Origin: Chitinophagales bacterium
GTDB lineage: Bacteria; Bacteroidota; Bacteroidia; Chitinophagales; JADJOU01
Assembly (NCBI GenBank): GCA_030832185.1
Contig: JAURJQ010000027.1
Location: 14,436 to 78,435, forward strand
DNA: 64,000 bases
Reading direction: 5' to 3'
Shown here: positions 17,667 to 26,296 of the stretch, piece after piece
Position numbering within the stretch: position 1 is the stretch's first letter
Layout: each line of letters begins with the position of its first letter
The notes under the pieces: generated by a model
Seen by the model: only the letters and a program-made list of their open reading frames with translations
Told to the model about the DNA's origin: nothing
The model's database searches: none
Made by a program: the position numbers and the translations under genes

Positions 17667-17691
17667 CAAATAATTGAAGCTAAGGCGAAAA

Positions 17692-18822
17692 TTATCTACA
17701 AATTCTCGAAAGGGAAAAATATCCAATAGCAGCTGCCATGCATGAGGATATGAGTATGGCTAACTTTGCTTGGTTGATAAGAGCTACATCATCAAAGGCT
17801 AGAAATGAAATAAAGATAGACATTGTAAAACCAATTCCGCCTAAAAAACCTGCCCCCAAGATGTGCCTCCAGCATACATTCGCAGGTAATTTAGACCATT
17901 TATTTCGAACGATGAACCAAGTAAATAAAACAATTCCTGCAGGCTTGCCAAGGACTAAACCCAAAATGATTCCCAAATCGAGGGGGCTAATTAACTGTGT
18001 TAAGGAAAAATTACTAATAGAAAAAGCAGTATTCGCTAGTGCAAAAACAGGTATAATAAATAGTGCAACAGGCATATGCAGGGCTTTTTCCAATTTATTC
18101 GATATACTATCATTGCTGCCACTGCCAAAGGGAATAACAAAGGCTAAAAGTACCCCACTAATAGAGGCATGCACTCCTGATTTAAGCATACAATACCATA
18201 AAACAACACCCCCAAGTAGATAAGGCCATAATATATATACCTTTTTTCTGTTCAGGATGAATAGTCCGAGCATGATACCTGCTGCACCTAATAAATATGG
18301 CCAAGCGAGCGATTTAGTATAAAATAAGGCAATAATAATTATGGCTCCTAGATCATCAATAACAGCCAGAGCCGTGAGAAATACTTTTAATGCCACTGGA
18401 ACTCTTTGACCTAGTAATGATAGAATACCTAGGGCAAAAGCTATATCAGTGGCCATAGGGATGCCGACTCCAGCTTGGCTTAACAGCCCTTTATTTATAA
18501 AAAAATAAATGGCTGCCGGGACTATCATTCCCCCTAGAGCAGCACTAAATGGCAGCAGTGCTTCTTTAAAATTAGACAATTCACCATTATAGACTTCTCG
18601 CTCCAATTCTAAGCCTACCATAAGAAAAAATATAGCCATAAGTCCATCATTGATCCAATGTTCGAGACTCATAGTACCTATCTTTATATGCCATATGTGC
18701 ATATACTCATGCCCCATGGCTGTATTGGATAGCAATAGGGATAGAGCAGTACAAGCTATTAGAATAAGCCCTGCTGACTTTTCGCTTTCGAAAAAGTTAG
18801 TAAATAGTTTAGTTATGCGCAT
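17692..18822 (-). CDS. nhaA: Na+/H+ antiporter NhaA
   Basis: SAGLILIACTALSLLLSN...WINDGLMAIFFLMVGLELEREV...VIDDLGAIIIIALFYT are hallmark NhaA segments. Confidence 0.92.
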   Translation of the reverse strand: MRITKLFTNFFESEKSAGLILIACTALSLLLSNTAMGHEYMHIWHIKIGTMSLEHWINDGLMAIFFLMVGLELEREVYNGELSNFKEALLPFSAALGGMIVPAAIYFFINKGLLSQAGVGIPMATDIAFALGILSLLGQRVPVALKVFLTALAVIDDLGAIIIIALFYTKSLAWPYLLGAAGIMLGLFILNRKKVYILWPYLLGGVVLWYCMLKSGVHASISGVLLAFVIPFGSGSNDSISNKLEKALHMPVALFIIPVFALANTAFSISNFSLTQLISPLDLGIILGLVLGKPAGIVLFTWFIVRNKWSKLPANVCWRHILGAGFLGGIGFTMSIFISFLAFDDVALINQAKLAILISSCMAAAIGYFSLSRICR

Positions 18823-18956
18823 TTTAATCTCGCTTATCTTTGCTAAATTGATAAAAATAAAAGACTTCTAAGGGGTTTTAGGAAAATTTAGCAGATGAAG
18901 TTAGACTCATAATTACTTTATTCTCAGAAATGGCTATATTGTGAAGGAATTTTGTA

Positions 18957-18964
18957 TAAGTTTG
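18957..18964 (+). promoter_or_regulatory. Bacteroidota-type -7 promoter box (TAnnTTTG)
   Basis: TAAGTTTG lies 26 nt upstream of GTG 18991 and 41 nt upstream of ATG 19006. A second match, TATCTTTG, sits further upstream at 18835-18842. Confidence 0.4.
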
Positions 18965-18990
18965 CTGCAAGATTATAAATTGGATACCAA

Positions 18991-20118
18991 GTGAGAAAAA
19001 TAGAAATGGTAGACTTAAAAAGTCAGTACCAAAAAATAAAGCAAGAAGTAGACAAGGCAGTCATCGAAGTGATGGAAACGGCTGCATTTATCAACGGACC
19101 AGCAGTGAAAGAGTTCACAGAAGATTTAGCTAAATTTTCAGGTTCTAAGTTCGTCATACCCTGTGCTAATGGAACAGATGCTATACAAGTAGCTATGATG
19201 GCTATGGATTTGCAGCCAGATGACGAAGTCATAGTGCCCGTTTGGACATATGTAGCAACCGCTGAGGTAATAGCATTGTTGAGGCTGAAGCCAGTTTTTA
19301 TAGAAGTAGACCCTCAGACCTTCTGCATTGATGTGCATCAAATTGAGTCACTCATTACACCCAGAACGAAGGTCATAGTGCCTGTGCATCTTTATGGACA
19401 GTGCGCGGATATGGAACCAATAATGAGCATAGCAGCGAAACATAATTTATATGTAATAGAAGACACGGCGCAAGCGATTGGTGCAGTTTATACTTTTTCG
19501 GATGGCAGTAAAAAACAAGCTGGAACTATCGGTCATGCAGGCACTACCTCTTTTTTCCCTTCTAAGAATCTTGGCGGATATGGCGATGGTGGAGCTATTT
19601 ATACCCAAGACGAAGACCTGGCAAAGAAAATGAAAATGATAGCGCACCATGGGGAGCGCATTAAATACTATCACGATGTCATTGGATGCAATTCTCGATT
19701 AGATACCATGCAAGCTTCTATTTTGAAAATCAAGTTACAGCATCTTCACAGTTACGAAAAAAATAGAAATGAGGTAGCCAGCTTTTATGACAAGGCATTT
19801 TCTGACCACCCAAATATATCTGTCCCAGTGCGTTCAAAGAACTCTAGTCATGTATTTCATCAGTACACACTCATTCTAAAAGATACAGATAGAGACGCAC
19901 TAAGAGAATTCCTTGCATCTAAAGATATACCATCGATGATATACTACCCAGTGCCACTTCATCATCAGCTAGCCTACAAAGAACATTTATTGCCTGGGCA
20001 GCGATTTGAAATCTCAGAATCGTTGGCTAAAAATGTTATTTCACTTCCCATTCATACAGAGATGAATGAGGAGCAATTAATTTATATTACGGATACTGTT
20101 AAATCTTTTTTCTTATGA
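18991..20118 (+). CDS. DegT/DnrJ/EryC1/StrS-family sugar aminotransferase (WbpE-like)
   Basis: MVDLKSQYQKIK...CANGTDAIQVAMMA...TSFFPSKNLGGYGDGGA (PLP-Lys context). The start is either GTG 18991 or ATG 19006. Confidence 0.88.
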   Translation: MRKIEMVDLKSQYQKIKQEVDKAVIEVMETAAFINGPAVKEFTEDLAKFSGSKFVIPCANGTDAIQVAMMAMDLQPDDEVIVPVWTYVATAEVIALLRLKPVFIEVDPQTFCIDVHQIESLITPRTKVIVPVHLYGQCADMEPIMSIAAKHNLYVIEDTAQAIGAVYTFSDGSKKQAGTIGHAGTTSFFPSKNLGGYGDGGAIYTQDEDLAKKMKMIAHHGERIKYYHDVIGCNSRLDTMQASILKIKLQHLHSYEKNRNEVASFYDKAFSDHPNISVPVRSKNSSHVFHQYTLILKDTDRDALREFLASKDIPSMIYYPVPLHHQLAYKEHLLPGQRFEISESLAKNVISLPIHTEMNEEQLIYITDTVKSFFL

Positions 20119-20702
20119 CACAAGAAGGTGTTTTTTGCCATGAATCATCCTATATAGATCAGCCATGTAAGATAGGTGGGGGTACTAAAATATGGCATTT
20201 TAGTCATGTGATGAAAGATTGTGAGATAGGAGAGAACTGCAATATTGGTCAAAACGTAGTCATTAGTCCTGGTGTAAAGCTAGGGGAACGTGTCAAAATC
20301 CAAAATAATGTATCGGTTTATACGGGCGTCATATGTGAAGATGATGTATTCCTAGGACCATCCTGTGTGTTTACCAATGTCATTAATCCGCGCAGTGCTG
20401 TCAATAGAAAAGAGGAGTATGCCAAGACTATAGTGAAAAAAGGAGCCTCTATTGGCGCCAATGCTACCATAGTTTGCGGAGTGACTTTAGGAGAGTTTTG
20501 CTTTGTTGGAGCAGGTAGTGTAGTAACGAAAGATGTAGATGCTTATGCACTCGTAGTCGGAAATCCTGCTATACAGAAAGGGTGGTATAGCGAAAAAGGA
20601 CATAGGCTTAAATTTGACGAGAAAGGTCAAGCACACTGTCCTAGTGGAGACATTTATGAATTTGAAGACGGAAAAGTGGTAAAATTAAAAGGAGTTTCAT
20701 AG
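20115..20702 (+). CDS. Hexapeptide-repeat amino-sugar N-acetyltransferase (WbpD/WlbB-like)
   Basis: Left-handed beta-helix repeats are present: IWHFSHV...IGQNVVISPGVKLGERVKIQNNVSVY...FTNVINPRS...KKGASIGANATIVCGVTLGE. An ATGA overlap with the upstream aminotransferase suggests coupling. Confidence 0.8.
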   Translation: MTQEGVFCHESSYIDQPCKIGGGTKIWHFSHVMKDCEIGENCNIGQNVVISPGVKLGERVKIQNNVSVYTGVICEDDVFLGPSCVFTNVINPRSAVNRKEEYAKTIVKKGASIGANATIVCGVTLGEFCFVGAGSVVTKDVDAYALVVGNPAIQKGWYSEKGHRLKFDEKGQAHCPSGDIYEFEDGKVVKLKGVS

Positions 20703-20725
20703 AAGAATGAGACTGCTTATAATTT

Positions 20726-21448
20726 CTATGATTTAGGGTGGGATATTAGTTTCTTAATAACATAACTAGCCATCGTGAGTCCAAACATAGCTGGCATGTA
20801 TGAGATAGTCCCGTAGTATGACTTTTTATATTGGCTGTCATGCGTTAACTCCATCTTATCTTTGGCTACTACCTCGTTCGAGTAGACCACTTTTATGCCG
20901 TAGTTGTAATGATCCTTTCGAAGTCTTTTTCTTATTTCTCGGGAAAAATAACAGTCCTTAGTTTCACTTATATCTACTATCTTGATAAGGTCAGGATTCA
21001 TTTTGCCGCCTGCACCCATAGATGAAATAAACTTAAGTTTGTTCTGCTTGCAGCGCTTAATTATCGACAATTTAGGAGTAACGGAATCTATGCAATCTAG
21101 CACAAAGGAATAGGGATGATCTAGAATACTTTCAATATCATCAGGCTTAAGAAATTGATTGATTTCATGAAGAATCAACTCAGGATTTATATCCATTAAA
21201 CGCTGAGCCATGAGATAAGACTTTGACTGGTTTATAGTGCTATGCAGCGCTTGAAGTTGTCTATTGATATTGGATTGGACTACGTGATCGCCATCAATTA
21301 TGGTCATTTCTCCAACTCCCGCTCTAGTTAGGGCTTCAGCAGCATAACTGCCCACACCTCCAAGGCCTATCACTAGAATATGCGATTTTTTTAGTTTAAC
21401 CAATCCCTCCGTACCTATGAGGAGCTCACTTCTGCTAAGAAAATTCAT
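20726..21448 (-). CDS. tcdA: tRNA threonylcarbamoyladenosine dehydratase (ThiF/E1-like)
   Basis: VIGLGGVGSYAAEALTRAGVGEMTIIDGDHVVQSNINRQ...DCIDSVTPK...SSMGAGGK aligns with my memory of E. coli TcdA/CsdL. Confidence 0.85.
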   Translation of the reverse strand: MNFLSRSELLIGTEGLVKLKKSHILVIGLGGVGSYAAEALTRAGVGEMTIIDGDHVVQSNINRQLQALHSTINQSKSYLMAQRLMDINPELILHEINQFLKPDDIESILDHPYSFVLDCIDSVTPKLSIIKRCKQNKLKFISSMGAGGKMNPDLIKIVDISETKDCYFSREIRKRLRKDHYNYGIKVVYSNEVVAKDKMELTHDSQYKKSYYGTISYMPAMFGLTMASYVIKKLISHPKS

Positions 21449-21467
21449 TTTTAAATATCAATACTTA

Positions 21468-21475
21468 CAAATATA
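21468..21475 (-). promoter_or_regulatory. Bacteroidota-type -7 promoter box (TAnnTTTG) for tcdA
   Basis: Plus strand CAAATATA is TATATTTG on the minus strand, 19 nt upstream of ATG 21448. Confidence 0.5.
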
Positions 21476-21599
21476 TTGACCTTAATGAAAAATAGGTAAG
21501 AAAATCATCTAGGCTCGAGTGAATATGGTTCTATAAACTCGCAAGGATTGATTTTTGCTTACTACAGACTTTTTTCTATAGAGTTTAGCTAGTTTCAAT

Positions 21600-21607
21600 T
21601 AAATTTG
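21600..21607 (+). promoter_or_regulatory. Bacteroidota-type -7 promoter box (TAnnTTTG)
   Basis: TAAATTTG lies 47 nt upstream of ATG 21655. Confidence 0.45.
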
Positions 21608-21654
21608 CTAATTAAAATCTTTTGCCTTACTATATCATAAAAAGCTAAAAATTC

Positions 21655-22320
21655 ATGAACTATGTATTGACCTTAATGCTACTCTTTATTACTTTTTCAG
21701 TGCAGGCTCAAGACGAGTATGAAAAGACCGAGAAGCAGATACCAACCGAACCCATTGAGAAAAAATCTGACTCGATAGATGTCTCTGATAAGAAGAAAAC
21801 AGAGCCAGAACTTGATGAAGATAATTCTAAGGCATTTAAAGGCATGTCTGACTTTAAAAGAAATATCCGAATAGGTGGTGCATTTAATCTTGGATCTTTC
21901 TATTATGAAACTGCTGGCTTTCAGGGAAATTTATTTTTTGTGATGGCTAGTCCTCAGTTTACCTATGTCATGTCTGAGCACTTCGAGGGTGGTTTAACAA
22001 CTTCCTATTCTTATACAGGCACGTTTGGAGATATAAATGGGCATTCGGTTAGCGCTGGGCCTATACTCCGTGCTTATCCCACACCAGAAATATTTTTACA
22101 GGTAGAAGGGGTTGGCTTTTATAATTCTACAAGTCAAAAAGGTTTTGATACTTATAGTAAAGTCAACTTCAATGCCTTCCTAGGCGGGGGCATTGTTTCC
22201 AGATTTTCAGAGACTTCTTATCTTGTTACAGGAGTTAAAATCAATATTATGAAAAACGAACTGACCTTCAATCAAATTATTCCTGCGGCATTTACCTCGA
22301 TTCATTTCGGACTCTGGTAA
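21655..22320 (+). CDS. Hypothetical secreted protein, probable small outer-membrane beta-barrel
   Basis: Signal peptide (FSVQAQDE), an acidic linker, then alternating aromatic/Gly beta-strand pattern ending ...FTSIHFGLW. Confidence 0.65.
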   Translation: MNYVLTLMLLFITFSVQAQDEYEKTEKQIPTEPIEKKSDSIDVSDKKKTEPELDEDNSKAFKGMSDFKRNIRIGGAFNLGSFYYETAGFQGNLFFVMASPQFTYVMSEHFEGGLTTSYSYTGTFGDINGHSVSAGPILRAYPTPEIFLQVEGVGFYNSTSQKGFDTYSKVNFNAFLGGGIVSRFSETSYLVTGVKINIMKNELTFNQIIPAAFTSIHFGLW

Positions 22321-22356
22321 TTTCAATTTTTCAATCCATTCAATAAATAAAAAGAA

Positions 22357-22734
22357 ATGAAAAGTACGATAGAAAAAAACGAACGATATACTATTTTCTC
22401 TCTTAAGGAGAAAAATTTGACAAGTCATAATAGCTCAGATCTAAAGTCAGAGATAGCCATTTTGGTAGCAGAAGGCTATAATTCTATCCTATTAAATTTA
22501 ACAGAAGTAGATTTTATGGACTCTAGCGGACTAGGAGCTCTGCTGAATGCGGATCGCACTGCGAGAGAAAACAAGGGATTTCTAGTGATTTATGGACTGA
22601 ATGAAAATAATAGTAATTTAATTCGCATAGCCAAGCTAGATAAGGTTTTATTGATAGCCTACTCAGAGAAAGAGGCCATTGATTTACTTATTTTAGAAGA
22701 ATTAGAAAGAGATTTGACAGAAGAAGAAAACTAG
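22357..22734 (+). CDS. STAS-domain anti-sigma-factor antagonist (SpoIIAA-like)
   Basis: LNLTEVDFMDSSGLGALL contains the DSSGLG motif with the phosphorylatable Ser. The size (125 aa) is typical. Confidence 0.8.
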   Translation: MKSTIEKNERYTIFSLKEKNLTSHNSSDLKSEIAILVAEGYNSILLNLTEVDFMDSSGLGALLNADRTARENKGFLVIYGLNENNSNLIRIAKLDKVLLIAYSEKEAIDLLILEELERDLTEEEN

Positions 22735-23634
22735 GTGAAATTAACGATACTGGGCAGTAGCAGCGCCACCCCCTATTTAGATAGACACCCCTCTAGTCAG
22801 GTGCTCAATGTTAATGATCAGCTCTATCTAATTGACTGTGGCGAAGGCACCCTTTTCCGACTTAATAATTTTAGAATTAAGAAAAATAAAATTAAAGCTA
22901 TTTTTATCTCCCACCTCCATGGAGATCATTACTATGGACTCATGGGGCTTCTTACCACTATGAGTATGCACGAGAAGTCAGATGAGTTAATTATTGTCTC
23001 TCCGCCGAGGCTCAAAGATATTATAGACTTGCAATGCGAAATATCCAAGACTGTTATACGCTTCCCTATTCGATACATCGAAACATCGATGGAATATAGT
23101 GAAGTTTATAAAGACAGCAATATTACAGTCCATACAGTGCCATTATGCCACAAGATTGATACCTGTGGTTTTATATTTGATAAGAATTTTCCGACTAAAC
23201 GGATTTTAAAAGAAAAAATCGAAGAATTGAAACTTAGTCCACACGAAGTATCGCAAATTATTAGCCAAGGATTTTCAGTAAAAGATGGGCAAAATGTCAC
23301 TATTGAATGTATTTCAGAAGATAACGTAACAAAAAAGACTTATGCTTATCTTACCGATACGAGGGTAGACGATTCTTATCAAATTTATATACAAAATCTC
23401 GATCTGCTCTATCATGAGTCTACCTTTTTGCATGCGGATATAAAACGAGCTGAAGAAACCAAACATTCTACTGCTAAAGAAGCCGCTGAGGTAGCTAAAG
23501 CAGTAGCTCCAAAAAAACTACTCATAGGTCATTTTTCAGCACGTTATATCGACCTTATGCCTCTTCTCCATGAAGCTCAAAATATTTTCCCGAATACAGA
23601 ATTAGCCATTGAGGGTCTTACATTTGAGTTTTAA
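22735..23634 (+). CDS. rnz: Ribonuclease Z
   Basis: MKLTILGSSSATP...YLIDCGEG...FISHLHGDHYYGL is the metallo-beta-lactamase motif set of RNase Z. The GTG start directly follows the STAS stop (TAGGTG). Confidence 0.88.
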   Translation: MKLTILGSSSATPYLDRHPSSQVLNVNDQLYLIDCGEGTLFRLNNFRIKKNKIKAIFISHLHGDHYYGLMGLLTTMSMHEKSDELIIVSPPRLKDIIDLQCEISKTVIRFPIRYIETSMEYSEVYKDSNITVHTVPLCHKIDTCGFIFDKNFPTKRILKEKIEELKLSPHEVSQIISQGFSVKDGQNVTIECISEDNVTKKTYAYLTDTRVDDSYQIYIQNLDLLYHESTFLHADIKRAEETKHSTAKEAAEVAKAVAPKKLLIGHFSARYIDLMPLLHEAQNIFPNTELAIEGLTFEF

Positions 23635-23691
23635 AATCAACTCATTTTGGATGATTAGCTTTTTTTATTCAGTTAAAATATAAAAAAACAT

Positions 23692-23699
23692 TACTTTTG
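23692..23699 (+). promoter_or_regulatory. Bacteroidota-type -7 promoter box (TAnnTTTG)
   Basis: TACTTTTG lies 40 nt upstream of ATG 23740. Confidence 0.45.
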
Positions 23700-23739
23700 G
23701 TCTTTAAATAAAATAACCCTTCCAAGGTATATCAATTGT

Positions 23740-26184
23740 ATGAGATATAGATTATTGTTCTTGTTTGGAATACTTCCTTTCCTCATGATAGGTCAGAATC
23801 CTTTAAAGAAGGAATTAAAAGGTAATGGTACATCCATGTTTTATAGTCCTTCTCAGTTTAGTTTTACGAATCAAAGTGGAGCTACTGTTTACATCACTGA
23901 ATTGAAAGACAATCGCTCCATTAATTGGAATAAGCAGGTTAATGATTCTGTTAAAATAGAATCAATTGGCGATTTTTGGAATTTTCCTGTCGCAATTATT
24001 TTTAAAAACAAGATAAATCAAGACTTATCTAAAGCCAATGTCAATGTCGATTATTCAGCACAAGGCGAAAATATTTATAAAATTGAACCAACCATAGATG
24101 TATTTTACCCAAATTATGTCATTTTTCCGGATAAAGGCTACTGGGTTTTATCCAAGATTAATATGAATGTGAGCAAAGGCACACAGAAATTATTCACTAA
24201 ATCTTATCAAGAGTATACGTTCTTCAATAAAAATATAAATGGCTATAAGGAATCTTTCAATACAGACTTAAAGGAGGGAGCCAATGTAGCAATGTGGTCT
24301 AGCATGAAACGTCTTCTGGATCAATTTTATGCAGATTTTAATGACGCCATGGGAGGCAAATCTATTCAAAGTTCTGATATAGCGATAAATACAATTGGCT
24401 CTTCCAGTATAGTGAATGATGCTAACCTAAATAGTCAAGTAGCTAATTATTCTGTATCTAAGAATTCTAAGGAGTCTGATCAAGCAAACAATTATAAATT
24501 AGACGGCGATGTACCACCGCTTCCTCCGCCGACGGACCCAAAGCTAGAGAATGCAGTTAATTCTATTGGAAAAACCACAACTCCAAATCCCAAATTAAAA
24601 CAGCCTGTTTCTATCCCAGTTTTAGATTCTGCTAAACTCGCAGAGAGGAGAGCAAGAGAAGAGTTGAGAAAAATAGCACTGGATAGTGCGAAGCGAGCAA
24701 AAGAAGAGTTAATCTTAGCTACAAAAAAAGTAGAACAAGAGGAGAAGGAAAAAATCCAATTCAAAAGAGACTCCATACTAAGGTTAAAAAAAGAAGCCTT
24801 GGCTATGAAGATTCGCGAAAAAACACAAGCTGATTCGGCAAAGAAAGCCGAAATAAGCCAAAAAATAGAGGCTGCTAAAAAGAAGCGAGAAGAAGAAAAA
24901 GCCAAATTCAATCCAAAAAGTATTACAGAAACCTCAGCAGATAAATCAGTTTCAGTGCCAAAAAATGACGAACCCGCAATAGAGAAAAAGAAGCCTCAAT
25001 CTATTGCGAAGATGACGCTTCGAAGATCGGGTACCGAGACAGTGAGTGAGGCTTTAAGAAGAATAGCCAGGGAAATAGAAGAAGAGGAAAATGGTGCACC
25101 AAGAGTCATAACAATTCCAAGGGAAAAGTCTGTATCCGCTGAAAATGATGGAAACAAAGATAAGAACACAGATAAGAAAAAAGTTAGGGAAGAACAAATA
25201 GCTAAGAGAAATGCTGAAAAGGCTAAAATAGCGGAAGAGTTTAAACGCAGAAAAAGTGAACGAGATTCATTATTAACTCTAGATAAGCAAAAAAAGCAAG
25301 ATTCACTTTTAGCTATTCGCAAAGCCAAGGCTATGGAAATAGAGCAGGCTGTGGCCAGAGTTAAGGCAGCTAAAGACAGCGTGGCCAAATTATTAGCAGC
25401 TAAAAAGTATGTAGAAGATAGTGCATTTATGGTGCGGGAAAAGGAAAGAAGAAGGGAAGCTGTGCTAGCAGCCCAAAAGGCAGCTATGGAAGCAGAAAGA
25501 AATTTCCTAATTAAAAATCCTAATGCGGGAGAGATGTTTGCAACAGTTTCTACGGATCCTCCAAGTAAACTTCCTGATACTCGAACTAGAGAGCAGGTAT
25601 TAGCAGATAGAATCTTTACCCCCAAATCTGAATCTACCAAGAATTTATTAGCCAGGGTGAAATTAATAACTCCTGAGGAAGAAGAAAGAATGCTATCTCA
25701 AATGAAGACAGATGACAAAGCAATAGTCGATTCGTTTTTTATCCAAATGCAAAAAAATAGACCTGTACCTACCTATACTCCTCTTGATACAGTAAAGGCA
25801 GTTGCCTCATCGACGGATACAGTATCTCAAACGGTCTCTAAGGATGATAAAAAGACTCAAATCATAGAGAAAGGACTAAAAAGCGCAAAAGATGCTAAGG
25901 ACACAAAAAAGACTCAAGACAAAAAAGATTTAAAATCTAAGGTAGATACAGCTGCTAAATCTACGCAAGATAAAGGGGTAAAAGTAACTACTAATCCACA
26001 AGATAAGGTGGCCTCCCCGGAGACTAAAAGTTCTAAAGAACAGGCGCCCAAAAATCCCGCAAAAGTAGAAGAACCAAAAAAAGATTCAACTACCAAGGAG
26101 AAAAAGGCTCAAGATCTGGAAGCTGAAATAGAAAGGAAGAAGAATGAAATAAACGAAAGACGTAAAAAGGCGAAAGCAAGTTAA
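23740..26184 (+). CDS. Large secreted protein with a structured N-terminal domain and a long K/E/A-rich low-complexity region
   Basis: Signal peptide (LLFLFGILPFLMIGQ) and a ~250-aa ordinary-composition domain. More than 500 aa of charged repeats follow (AERRAREELRKIALDSAKRAKEE...). I recognise no family. Confidence 0.75.
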   Translation: MRYRLLFLFGILPFLMIGQNPLKKELKGNGTSMFYSPSQFSFTNQSGATVYITELKDNRSINWNKQVNDSVKIESIGDFWNFPVAIIFKNKINQDLSKANVNVDYSAQGENIYKIEPTIDVFYPNYVIFPDKGYWVLSKINMNVSKGTQKLFTKSYQEYTFFNKNINGYKESFNTDLKEGANVAMWSSMKRLLDQFYADFNDAMGGKSIQSSDIAINTIGSSSIVNDANLNSQVANYSVSKNSKESDQANNYKLDGDVPPLPPPTDPKLENAVNSIGKTTTPNPKLKQPVSIPVLDSAKLAERRAREELRKIALDSAKRAKEELILATKKVEQEEKEKIQFKRDSILRLKKEALAMKIREKTQADSAKKAEISQKIEAAKKKREEEKAKFNPKSITETSADKSVSVPKNDEPAIEKKKPQSIAKMTLRRSGTETVSEALRRIAREIEEEENGAPRVITIPREKSVSAENDGNKDKNTDKKKVREEQIAKRNAEKAKIAEEFKRRKSERDSLLTLDKQKKQDSLLAIRKAKAMEIEQAVARVKAAKDSVAKLLAAKKYVEDSAFMVREKERRREAVLAAQKAAMEAERNFLIKNPNAGEMFATVSTDPPSKLPDTRTREQVLADRIFTPKSESTKNLLARVKLITPEEEERMLSQMKTDDKAIVDSFFIQMQKNRPVPTYTPLDTVKAVASSTDTVSQTVSKDDKKTQIIEKGLKSAKDAKDTKKTQDKKDLKSKVDTAAKSTQDKGVKVTTNPQDKVASPETKSSKEQAPKNPAKVEEPKKDSTTKEKKAQDLEAEIERKKNEINERRKKAKAS

Positions 26185-26270
26185 TATGATTACCACTCTG
26201 AATACAGAGGCTAATAGTTGCAGTAAAAGTTATACAATATAGTTTATTGACCTTTTCAATTTAAAAAGTC

Positions 26271-26278
26271 TAATTTTG
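26271..26278 (+). promoter_or_regulatory. Bacteroidota-type -7 promoter box (TAnnTTTG) for guaB
   Basis: TAATTTTG lies 18 nt upstream of ATG 26297. A TTG 21 nt further upstream (26247-26249) fits a -33 element. The track's TTG start (26276) lies inside the box. Confidence 0.55.
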
Positions 26279-26296
26279 CCGAGAAAGAAGCTAAGT

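Noticed and set aside
17738-18223. 161-aa plus-strand ORF inside nhaA, and the 132-aa ORF at 49964-50362 inside the Spt-like gene
   Set aside because: They are fully embedded antisense to genes with strong family motifs. Their products have no recognisable features.
24492-25640. Long antisense ORFs (139 aa at 24492-24911 and 214 aa at 24996-25640) inside the 814-aa gene. Similar ones occur at 801-1277, 25914-26096, 40701-40883 and 41644-41868.
   Set aside because: They lie opposite E/K/A-rich codon runs (GAA/AAG/GCT). These read as stop-free S/L/F/A-rich sequence on the other strand. The products are pure low complexity, so they are a compositional artefact.
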